64,000 nucleotides of DNA, taken from positions 608,001 through 672,000 of the forward strand of contig CBDAOB010000004.1 in assembly GCA_965197905.1 (NCBI GenBank), read 5' to 3'. A model generated the notes under the pieces. It had not been told where the DNA came from, ran no database searches, and saw only the letters and a list, made by a program, of their open reading frames with translations. The DNA is from Candidatus Latescibacterota bacterium. Its GTDB lineage: Bacteria; Latescibacterota; UBA2968; UBA8231. Both the position numbers and the translations under genes were made by a program. This document shows, one piece after another, positions 8,922-16,947 of the stretch (the stretch's first letter is position 1; every line of letters starts with the position of its first letter).

Positions 8922-11105
8922 GTGAGTGACCCGGCTGAGTTTTCAGTTCCTGTTGGGCAGCGTCAGCTATTTCTGGACGACGTCGGCATCGATCAGCTGA
9001 CTGATCTCAAACGAACCCTGCATCAGCCTGACAAGAAGGGTGCTGTGATTCGCAGTCCGGATCCGGATTCGACGATTCAAACGCGAAATGCTCCTTTTTG
9101 GGACCCTGAGCAGGAGGCATATAAGCTTCGGGTCTTGGCGGTGGAGGAAAACGCCTGGCAGAGTCCGGATGGTTTGCATTGGACACCGAGCCCCGGACCG
9201 GGGCCTGAAAGTGAGCTTAGCGGCGTCAGTATGGTGGTGCGCGATGGACGGGACACAGACTCCGGTCGGCGCTACAAAGCGGCTCTGCTTAATTCCGGAT
9301 TTGCAGTATCTCCGGACGGCATCGATTGGTCCAAGCTGGACGTGCCGCCGATTGAGAGTTCGGATGAGGGCAACTTCAGCTACAATGAAGATGAGGGACT
9401 GTTTATCCACACGGTGAAGCGAGGGACCGACTTTGGACGCTCGGTTGCAATAGCGACCAGCACCGACTTCGAACACTGGGATGATTTCGGAGTTGTATTC
9501 AGCACCGACGCCAAGGACCAGGAGATTGGGCGCGAGGTCATAGAAGCCAGAAGATCCGCTCCGTTGCTGCAGCAGACCGAATTCAACGACCCCGAGCATT
9601 ACAGTATCGAGATCTACAACATGGGGGTGTTCAGGTACGAGGGTTTGTATATCGGCATGCCTTCGGTCTACCATCACACCGGCAAGGTCCCGCCCGAATG
9701 GGAGGGATTCAAGACCATGAACCTGTCGCCCTACATCCGCGAGTGCGTAGAAAAATACGGTGACTACACCGGCTTCTATAACGTGCAGGTTGCCTGCAGT
9801 CGAAATCTCAAGGACTGGAACAGAGTGGCCGAACGTCGGCCCTTCATCGAAACATCGCCAGCAGACAGCGGTGCGTACGATCTACAGACCATCATCGGCC
9901 CCTCCAATGCCATTCTGCGAGGTGACCAGCTGTGGCTCTACTATACGGGAATAAGGAACTACGCGTTTATCACCTCAGGCGGCATAAAGGGATACGACGA
10001 CTATCGAGCGGATTGTGGCGCCATTTGTCTGGCGGTGCTGCGGCGCGACGGATTCGTCTCCCTCGACTCCAGAGATCAGGAGGGATCGGTGCGTACGAGC
10101 CCGTTCCAGCTACAGGGCAATTTTCTGAATGTCAACAGCGACGCTGCACACGGCGAGCTGCGAGTCCGGGTTCTCGACAGCGAGGGCGAGTCACTCGCGG
10201 AATCCGAGATTATCCGCGAAGACAAAATTTGCGAAACCGTGGCTTGGAGGAGTGGGGAAATCGCCAAACACAAAGAAGAAACCGTTCGTTTGGAATTTTT
10301 GTCCCGGAACACTCAACTGTTCTCCTATTGGTTCGATCAGAAGGGACATGGGATGTTCTCAACTGGGCTCGGCCCCTCGTCCCGTCAGCTGTTGTTTACC
10401 GTTTTCCTTGGATTCCTGCTGACTGACTGTGGCCGTGGGCCGCGGGGGTTAGCACCGGATCTCGAAGCGACAAAGGGTCCTCGACCGAGCACCCGTGAAA
10501 TCCCCGACGATGTCGATTATTTGTTACCCCTGGAAAACTCCATCGTGCGGGAATACAACCTTGCCCGTACCGATCCGCGTCGTTACGCCTTTTTCGTGTC
10601 CCGGGTTAGACCATATTTTGACGGTAACGTCATGAAACGACCGGGATACAATCCGGTGGTCACCCTCGAAGGCGTTGAAGCGGTCGACGAAGCGGTCCGT
10701 TTTCTGCGAAAGGCACGACCGCTTTCTCCTTTGACGGCTTCCCGCGGTCTCTCACGGGCGGCTTTGAGACATGTTGAAGATCAGGGACCGAAAGGAAACG
10801 TCGGCCACGGAGGTAGCGATCGGAGTCTTCCGGGACAGCGGATTGAGATGTTCGGGCGCTCGCGAGGTCGCGTCGGCGAGAACATCGCCTACGGCCCCCA
10901 CGCTGCCCGCGAGGTGGTGATGGGACTGATCATCGATGACGGCGTGGAGAGCCGCGGCCACCGCAAGAACATCTTCAACAGTATCTTCAGGCAGATCGGG
11001 GTGTCGTGCGGGTACCACGAGACCTTTCAGATTATGTGCGTCATGACATTGGCGGAATCGTTCGAAGACGACCCGAAGCTCGAATCCAGCCAGGGAAAGG
11101 AGTAG
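8922..11105 (+). CDS. Apparent fusion: five-bladed beta-propeller glycoside-hydrolase-like protein (8922-10340) plus secreted CAP/SCP-domain protein (10353-11105)
   Basis: N-part has RQLFLDD, SPDG.HW repeats, LRRDGFVSL and ends LFSYWF. C-part has a signal-like hydrophobic stretch with Cys and CAP motifs GENIAYG and IIDDGVESRGHRKNI. Confidence 0.75.
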   Translation: MSDPAEFSVPVGQRQLFLDDVGIDQLTDLKRTLHQPDKKGAVIRSPDPDSTIQTRNAPFWDPEQEAYKLRVLAVEENAWQSPDGLHWTPSPGPGPESELSGVSMVVRDGRDTDSGRRYKAALLNSGFAVSPDGIDWSKLDVPPIESSDEGNFSYNEDEGLFIHTVKRGTDFGRSVAIATSTDFEHWDDFGVVFSTDAKDQEIGREVIEARRSAPLLQQTEFNDPEHYSIEIYNMGVFRYEGLYIGMPSVYHHTGKVPPEWEGFKTMNLSPYIRECVEKYGDYTGFYNVQVACSRNLKDWNRVAERRPFIETSPADSGAYDLQTIIGPSNAILRGDQLWLYYTGIRNYAFITSGGIKGYDDYRADCGAICLAVLRRDGFVSLDSRDQEGSVRTSPFQLQGNFLNVNSDAAHGELRVRVLDSEGESLAESEIIREDKICETVAWRSGEIAKHKEETVRLEFLSRNTQLFSYWFDQKGHGMFSTGLGPSSRQLLFTVFLGFLLTDCGRGPRGLAPDLEATKGPRPSTREIPDDVDYLLPLENSIVREYNLARTDPRRYAFFVSRVRPYFDGNVMKRPGYNPVVTLEGVEAVDEAVRFLRKARPLSPLTASRGLSRAALRHVEDQGPKGNVGHGGSDRSLPGQRIEMFGRSRGRVGENIAYGPHAAREVVMGLIIDDGVESRGHRKNIFNSIFRQIGVSCGYHETFQIMCVMTLAESFEDDPKLESSQGKE

Positions 11106-11109
11106 ATCG

Positions 11110-12213
11110 ATGCCGCAGTCTGGTTCAATAGGGACGCCCGCCGACAAGCTAGACACCCCTGTGTTGCTGGTGGACCTGGACAAGCTCGAGGCGAATATCG
11201 AGCGCATGGCCCGGATCATAACCAAAGAAGCTGGCGTGGGCTGGCGCCCCCATACGAAGGCGATGAAGATTCCGGCACTGGCCCACATGCTGCAGGACGC
11301 GGGGGCACACGGTGTCACCTGTGCAAAGTTGGGGGAAGCGGAGGTAATGGCGGCAGGCGGAATTCGCGACATCCTCATCGCCAATGAGATCGTCGGCGAA
11401 CCGAAGATTACTCGGCTTGTCAATCTACGCCGTCACAGCGACGTGATGGTCTGCGTCGACTCTGTCGTAAACGTCGAGGAACTGGATCGCGCGGCACAGG
11501 AAAAAGGCGTGCAGCTGCGGGTTTTGATCGAGGTCAACGTGGGGATGAACCGGGCGGGGGTCGAACCGGGAAAACCAACCCTGGAACTGGCGCGCAACAT
11601 AGCTCGGCGCAAGGGGCTGCGTTTGGCAGGATTACAGACCTGGGAAGCGCAGGCAGTAATGGTCGATCCTGAAGAAGAAAAACGGAAGGTAGTGACCGAG
11701 GCGCTCGAAAAGTTCGTCGGCACTGCCGATATGTGCCGCGACGCCGGCATCGACCTAGAGATTCTCAGCTGCGGTGGCACTGGAACCTATTGGATCAGCG
11801 CCTTCCATCCGGGAATCACCGAGGTGGAGGCAGGAGGCGGCATCTACGGCGACGTTCGTTACGTCAAGGACTTCCACGTCGACCATGTGGCGGCACTCAA
11901 GGTGTTGTCGACCGTTAGCAGCCGCTCGAACCCGTCGCGGATCGTCTGTGATGCCGGCCGAAAAACCTTGAGTACGGATGCCTCCGTTCCCGAACTGCTC
12001 AATATTCCCACGATGAAATCTATGAATTTCTCGGCGGAGCACTGCACCATACAGCTCGAGGAGCCGAGTGATCTGCCCAGGGTAGGCGAAAAGATTGAAT
12101 TCGTGGCCGGGTATTCCGATACCACAGTGCTTCTTCACAACGAACTCTATGGAATACGGAACGGGATCGTTGAGACTATCTGGCCTGTGCTCGGCCGGGG
12201 AATGCTCCAGTAG
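11110..12213 (+). CDS. DSD1/D-threonine-aldolase-family PLP enzyme (fold type III)
   Basis: LDTPVLLVDLD, WRPHTKA (PLP Lys), CAKLGEAE, SCGGTGT, DAGRK, SAEH. Confidence 0.9.
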   Translation: MPQSGSIGTPADKLDTPVLLVDLDKLEANIERMARIITKEAGVGWRPHTKAMKIPALAHMLQDAGAHGVTCAKLGEAEVMAAGGIRDILIANEIVGEPKITRLVNLRRHSDVMVCVDSVVNVEELDRAAQEKGVQLRVLIEVNVGMNRAGVEPGKPTLELARNIARRKGLRLAGLQTWEAQAVMVDPEEEKRKVVTEALEKFVGTADMCRDAGIDLEILSCGGTGTYWISAFHPGITEVEAGGGIYGDVRYVKDFHVDHVAALKVLSTVSSRSNPSRIVCDAGRKTLSTDASVPELLNIPTMKSMNFSAEHCTIQLEEPSDLPRVGEKIEFVAGYSDTTVLLHNELYGIRNGIVETIWPVLGRGMLQ

Positions 12214-12266
12214 CGTACCAACGCCGAACCTCGGGAGAATTTCCGATCGTTGAAGGAGCTGATAAC

Positions 12267-13667
12267 ATCACAAACTCGTTAGATCAACAGCTGGCCGGCC
12301 TGATTTTCACATCCGCGGACGTGCGCTCAAACTTCGAGGTGTTGTGCGACGACCTTGGCAGCCGCTTCGCCGGGACCAAGGAGGAGGAGCAGGCGGCGCA
12401 CTTCCTGGAAGACAAGCTCCAGCAGTACGGTCTTACCGGCGTCCATGCGGAGGCGTTCGAATACCATGGATGGACTCGCGGTGAGGCGCGACTGCGAATA
12501 ACCGAACCGTGGGACCGCGAATTGAAATGCGTCTCGTTGCCCATGTCCCCGCCAGGGTTGGTGCGAGGAACCGTCGTCGACCTGGACCGTGGCGCCCCGG
12601 AAGCCTTCGATCACAACGAGGCGAAACTTCGGGGAAACGTAGCTTTGGTGAACATCGAGAACCCGGTCTCCGCGGGGCGGTGGATCCAGCGGATCGAAAA
12701 ATACAACCGCACGATGCTCGCCGGGGCCAGTGCCTTCATCTTTATGGCAAACGAGGAGGGGTACGGTCCGGTCACGGGCGCCCTTGGTTTCAATCGTTGG
12801 GGTTTGATCCCTGGAATTGCCATATCCCGCGAGACCGGCCTGCAGCTGCGCCGGTTGCTGCGGCGTGGCGACCTGGAGATCGAGATCGAAACGACAGACG
12901 AGGTAGTTCCCAAGACCTCCTGGAATGTGATCGGCGATATCGAGCCGGCCGACGCTCATGACTCCGATATGGTGGTTTTCGGATCCCACTACGACGGGCA
13001 CGACCTCGCCCAGGGCGCCCATGATCCCACCTCGGGTCTTGTAGCGAGTCTGGAGACCATCCGCGCGCTCGCCCTACACAAAGAGCAGCTAAAGCGACCG
13101 GCCCGCGCGATCCTGTTCGGCGTTGAGGAGTTGGGTTTGATCGGCGCACAGGCGTACGTCGATACCCACGGAGAGGATCTCGATCGCACTCGGTTTATGC
13201 TCAACCTGGACGCCGCCGGCGGACCGACCCAAAATGCCCTCTTCGTCTACGGTCAGGATACCCGCGCCTATTTTCGCACCCTTGCAGCGGAATTCGACGA
13301 CGACCTCATCGTGGAAATGGACCTGTCACCCCTAAGAGAGCCAGAGCACATATCCGCCGACCACTATCCGTTCATGGCGGCCGGTGTTCCCAGCGGATTT
13401 GTCAAAGACCCCGGCTTCAGTATCTCCTCCGGATTCTACCATACTGCTCACGACACCATAGACAAGATTCGCCTCATCGACATTAAAGAAGCGGCTTTCC
13501 TCGCGGCGCAACTGTTGTGGAGGGTCACTAACGACGACCATTGGCCGTACTCCAGAATACCCCCCGATGAGCGGCGGAAGCAACTAGAGGAGTACCGACA
13601 GTCCGAAGTGTGCCTTATCGAAGCCGCGGTGGAAAAGCTGCGTGAACAAGCGGAGAAGAAATCATGA
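12267..13667 (+). CDS. M28-family aminopeptidase with PA domain
   Basis: GSRFAGT, GSHYDGH, GAHD, GVEELGLIG, NLD, SADHYPF, YHTAHDT. The track start is GTG 12321, but the frame is open to an ATC at 12267 that has an AAGGAG RBS (see findings). Confidence 0.85.
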   Translation: MTNSLDQQLAGLIFTSADVRSNFEVLCDDLGSRFAGTKEEEQAAHFLEDKLQQYGLTGVHAEAFEYHGWTRGEARLRITEPWDRELKCVSLPMSPPGLVRGTVVDLDRGAPEAFDHNEAKLRGNVALVNIENPVSAGRWIQRIEKYNRTMLAGASAFIFMANEEGYGPVTGALGFNRWGLIPGIAISRETGLQLRRLLRRGDLEIEIETTDEVVPKTSWNVIGDIEPADAHDSDMVVFGSHYDGHDLAQGAHDPTSGLVASLETIRALALHKEQLKRPARAILFGVEELGLIGAQAYVDTHGEDLDRTRFMLNLDAAGGPTQNALFVYGQDTRAYFRTLAAEFDDDLIVEMDLSPLREPEHISADHYPFMAAGVPSGFVKDPGFSISSGFYHTAHDTIDKIRLIDIKEAAFLAAQLLWRVTNDDHWPYSRIPPDERRKQLEEYRQSEVCLIEAAVEKLREQAEKKS

Positions 13668-14809
13668 AATGGGACCTGCTGATCAAGGGAGGCGAGTTGT
13701 TGGACCCCGCGCAGCGAATGCGGAAGAAGCTGGATGTGGCGTTCAATGCGGGGCGGGTTGCGGAGACCGGACAAGATCTTGATGCGGATCAGGCGCGCGC
13801 GACTCTGGATGCTTCCGGATTGCTGGTTACCCCCGGGATGATCGATCTCCACGTGCATGTCTTTCCGATGGTCAGCTACCTGGGCGTCGATCCCGACAGC
13901 AGCTGCCTGGCCCGGGGTTCCACGACGGTCGTTGATGCCGGCAGCGCAGGCGCCGACACTTTCGATGCCTTTCGCCATTGGGTAATTGACGTGAGCGCCA
14001 CCGATATCCTCGCTTATCTCAACATAGCGTCCACGGGCATGCTCAGTCCGGAGGTTGGGGAGCTCATGGATCTGAACCACGCGAATGTGGGTAAAGCGTG
14101 TAAGGTCATAGAGCGGCACCGCGATCGCATTCTGGGGGTGAAGGTCCGCCTCACGAGGGATCTGATTGTCAGCGAGCAATCGGGGCTGACTCCTTTGCAT
14201 CGTGCCCGTGAAGCGGCGGATGCGGCCGGTCTTCCGATCATGGTTCATCCACAAGATGCCTATTGCGAATCATTGGACGACATCCTTGCCGTGATGGGTA
14301 AGGACGATGTTTTGACCCACTGCTTCCATAACAAGGATGGGTGTGGTATTCTCGACTCGGGGGGAAAGGTTCGCGACGCTGTGCGGGACGCTATCGAGCG
14401 CGGCGTATTGCTCGACGTCGGTCACGGTCGCGGCTCTTTCGGATGGGACATAGTGGAAACGGCACTGGCCGACGATCTGTTGCCGCACACGATCTCTACG
14501 GACCTGCACACATTGAACATTCACGGGCCGGTATACGATCTGGGCAACGTGTTGAGCAAGTTCATCTACCTGGGCATCGGCTTGGAAGAAGCGTTCACCA
14601 AGGTTACCTCGGTTCCCGCACGTTTTCTTCGCTTGGAGGACCAGATCGGCACCCTAAAACCCGGAGCTCGAGGGGATGCCGTTCTCTTCGAATTGCGCGA
14701 AGGCAGCTTTCAACTTGTGGATGCCTACGACGAGACTCGAACCGGCAGCCAGTACCTCGAGCCTTTAGCGGTGGTCAAGAACGGAGCCGTATACCGGCAA
14801 CAGAGATGA
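13664..14809 (+). CDS. Amidohydrolase/deacetylase-family metallohydrolase (dihydroorotase-like)
   Basis: PGMIDLHVH, TTVVDAGSAG, GVKVR, THCFH, DVGHGRGSF, TISTDLH. Confidence 0.9.
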   Translation: MKWDLLIKGGELLDPAQRMRKKLDVAFNAGRVAETGQDLDADQARATLDASGLLVTPGMIDLHVHVFPMVSYLGVDPDSSCLARGSTTVVDAGSAGADTFDAFRHWVIDVSATDILAYLNIASTGMLSPEVGELMDLNHANVGKACKVIERHRDRILGVKVRLTRDLIVSEQSGLTPLHRAREAADAAGLPIMVHPQDAYCESLDDILAVMGKDDVLTHCFHNKDGCGILDSGGKVRDAVRDAIERGVLLDVGHGRGSFGWDIVETALADDLLPHTISTDLHTLNIHGPVYDLGNVLSKFIYLGIGLEEAFTKVTSVPARFLRLEDQIGTLKPGARGDAVLFELREGSFQLVDAYDETRTGSQYLEPLAVVKNGAVYRQQR

Positions 14810-14818
14810 TGGTGGGTC

Positions 14819-16048
14819 ATGACCTATCAGCAGATCGGAGGAGTGCCAGTATGGGGCGATCCACTGCAGAATGCGGTCGATCAAATTGGGAACTGCACCC
14901 GCGACGCCGAGTACTGCGCCCTCATGGCCGACCATCACCTCGGTGACGCAGTGCCCATAGGCGGCGTCGTCGCGTATGACGGCCAGATCAGTCCTTCGGG
15001 TGTAGGGTACGACATTTCCTGCGGCAACAAGGCGGTGTTGCTGGACGCCGACGCCAGCGAGATCCGCCACCATATCTCCGAACTCATGGATGCCATCTGG
15101 AAGTCGTTGTCCTTCGGCATAGGCCGCCAGAACCGTGAGGCAGTTGATCACGATCTGTTTTACGACGACCCCGCATGGCGATTGAAAGTAGCCGCACCGC
15201 TGAAAGACCTGGCGCGATCTCAATTGGGAACGATCGGCTCAGGAAACCACTTCGTCGATCTCTTTGTGGACGAACGGGAGCGAGTGTGGTGCGGAGTTCA
15301 CTTCGGATCGCGGGGACTGGGACACAAGCTGGCGACCCATTTCATAAAGGCGGGCGGCGGACAGGACGGGATGCACGTGGATCCCGTCTTGCTCGATACA
15401 GACTCCGAATTGGGACAGGAATACATTGCGTGCATGTCCATGGCCGGCCGCTACGCCTATGCCGGAAGGGATTGGGTGTGTGAAAGGGTAGCTGCGATTC
15501 TTGGAACAGGAATCCTGCAAGAGGTCCACAACCACCATAACTTCGCCTGGCGCGAAACCCACTTTGGACGGGATCTGTGGGTCGTGCGCAAAGGGGCGAC
15601 CCCGGCATGGCCCGGCCAACAGGGTTTCATCGGCGGCACCATGGGTGACATATCAGTCATCGTCGATTTCATCGGCGGCACCATGGGTGACATATCAGTC
15701 ATCGTCGAAGGCGCGGAATGCGAGGAAAGCGAGATCGCGCTCTATTCCACAGTGCATGGGGCGGGACGAGTGTTGTCGCGGACCCAGGCTGCAGGGAAAA
15801 AGCGATGGCGACGGGGCAAAGCCAAAACGCGACAGCCCGGGCTGATCAGCCGTAAGATGATGGTCGACTGGGTGCGTCAAGCAGGTGTGGAGTTGCGGGG
15901 CGCCGGAACCGACGAATCGCCGCACTGCTACAAGAGGCTTCCCGAGGTACTGAAACACCACAACGAGTCCATAAAGATCCTGCATACCCTCACGCCCATA
16001 GGCGTCGCCATGGCCGGCGAGAACGAGTACGACCCCTTTCGCGATTGA
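14819..16048 (+). CDS. rtcB: RNA ligase RtcB-family protein carrying an in-frame 14-aa duplication
   Basis: GVGYDISCG, GTIGSGNHF, HFGSRGLG, HNHHN, VRKGAT, STVHGAGR, DESP..YK. Confidence 0.93.
   Translation: MTYQQIGGVPVWGDPLQNAVDQIGNCTRDAEYCALMADHHLGDAVPIGGVVAYDGQISPSGVGYDISCGNKAVLLDADASEIRHHISELMDAIWKSLSFGIGRQNREAVDHDLFYDDPAWRLKVAAPLKDLARSQLGTIGSGNHFVDLFVDERERVWCGVHFGSRGLGHKLATHFIKAGGGQDGMHVDPVLLDTDSELGQEYIACMSMAGRYAYAGRDWVCERVAAILGTGILQEVHNHHNFAWRETHFGRDLWVVRKGATPAWPGQQGFIGGTMGDISVIVDFIGGTMGDISVIVEGAECEESEIALYSTVHGAGRVLSRTQAAGKKRWRRGKAKTRQPGLISRKMMVDWVRQAGVELRGAGTDESPHCYKRLPEVLKHHNESIKILHTLTPIGVAMAGENEYDPFRD
15625..15708 (+). repeat. Perfect 42-bp tandem duplication inside rtcB
   Basis: TTTCATCGGCGGCACCATGGGTGACATATCAGTCATCGTCGA at 15625-15666 and 15667-15708. 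Confidence 0.97.
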
Positions 16049-16084
16049 AACCTCAATAGAGCGGTTGCCACGCTGCCGGACGCG

Positions 16085-16113
16085 TTGCCGCCTACCAGGA
16101 CCCGCCGTATACT
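16085..16113 (+). promoter_or_regulatory. Putative sigma-70-type promoter for the Rid-family gene
   Basis: TTGCCG-N17-TATACT. Confidence 0.55.
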
Positions 16114-16156
16114 TACTCCCTCCAATATCTCAACAGCCGAATCAGCGGAGGTTAGA

Positions 16157-16747
16157 ATGGTGGACATTCATCAATCCTGGAGTCGAGATTTCGACGTCTA
16201 CGACCGCGTGAAGGAACTGAAGATGGACCTGGGGACGAAAGAGACCGCGTTACCCCCATCCGGTTTTCCCATCTGTGGCGTGACCTTCACACCGTCGGGC
16301 CTCGTGTTTATGTCAGGAACGGGAGGTGGCACTGGAGCGGTAACAAACGACGACGGCGACGTCAAAACCGGAAACGCCGCCGGACGCGAAGCAGGCATCA
16401 AACACATCGGGGCCCTGCACTGGGCGCTCGATTCCTACGGAACCCTGAACGACGTCTGGTACTGCGTGAAATGCATCGGCATGGTCAACTCCCACGGCGG
16501 CGCCTCATTCTCGAAATCGCCGGAAGTAGTCAACGGGTACAGCAAAGTATTTCACGACGTCTTCGGAGGCCCCCTGTCAGAATACGCCAACAATGGCTCT
16601 GACAGCTCACTTTCGGGCTGGCACGCACGCAGCGCCGTTGGGGGATTCGATCTTCCCGGCCACTGCATGATCGAACCGGAAATGATCGTGCAGGTCGATC
16701 CCGACTTGGCCTGTCGCATAATAAAGGATCGGGGACCTTGCCTGTAG
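16157..16747 (+). CDS. Rid (YjgF/YER057c/UK114) family protein
   Basis: LVFMSG, VKCIGMVNS, PEVVNGYS..F.DVFG, HARSAVG (conserved Arg), LP...IEPE. GGAGG RBS precedes ATG 16157. Confidence 0.8.
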   Translation: MVDIHQSWSRDFDVYDRVKELKMDLGTKETALPPSGFPICGVTFTPSGLVFMSGTGGGTGAVTNDDGDVKTGNAAGREAGIKHIGALHWALDSYGTLNDVWYCVKCIGMVNSHGGASFSKSPEVVNGYSKVFHDVFGGPLSEYANNGSDSSLSGWHARSAVGGFDLPGHCMIEPEMIVQVDPDLACRIIKDRGPCL

Positions 16748-16776
16748 TTTGCGCCACAGATCCAATCTCCTATATT
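16748..16776 (+). promoter_or_regulatory. Putative promoter for the riboswitch-metB leader
   Basis: TTTGCG/TTGCGC then 16-17 nt then TATATT, placing the transcription start just before the riboswitch. Confidence 0.5.
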
Positions 16777-16789
16777 TAGTCCATCATAA

Positions 16790-16842
16790 AGTGGTCATTT
16801 GACGGCAGCTTGCAGCCACTGTAAAAACTCGCTAAAAAGCCA
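16790..16842 (+). ncRNA. SAM-II (SAM_alpha-type) riboswitch
   Basis: AGUGGU-CAUUUG..GGC..UUGCA-GCCACU-GUAAAAA..GCUAAAAAGCC follows the SAM-II pattern (P1 stem, AUUU and UUGC in the loop, GCUAAA pseudoknot tail). It lies upstream of a Met-biosynthesis gene. Confidence 0.85.
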
Positions 16843-16867
16843 GCGCACAGGTTTAACCTGAATCGAC

Positions 16868-16893
16868 AGCCCAGGCCTTTGGCCTGGGTTTTT
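16868..16893 (+). terminator. Intrinsic terminator 1 in the metB leader
   Basis: AGCCCAGGCC-TTT-GGCCTGGGTT followed by a T-run. Confidence 0.75.
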
Positions 16894-16899
16894 GGTTTT

Positions 16900-16932
16900 A
16901 GCCCAACGCTCTTTGGCGTGCGGGCTTTTTTT
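16900..16932 (+). terminator. Intrinsic terminator 2 in the metB leader
   Basis: AGCCC-A-ACGCT..GGCGT-GC-GGGCT followed by TTTTTT. Confidence 0.7.
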
Positions 16933-16947
16933 ATCACTGGAGTAAGA

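Noticed and set aside
15625..15708. CRISPR-like repeat
   Set aside because: Only two adjacent copies with no spacer, inside a coding frame; no cas genes
14819..16048. Intein or RNA-repair operon at rtcB
   Set aside because: Length is normal apart from the 14-aa duplication; no splicing motifs; no rtcA, rtcR or TROVE gene in the window
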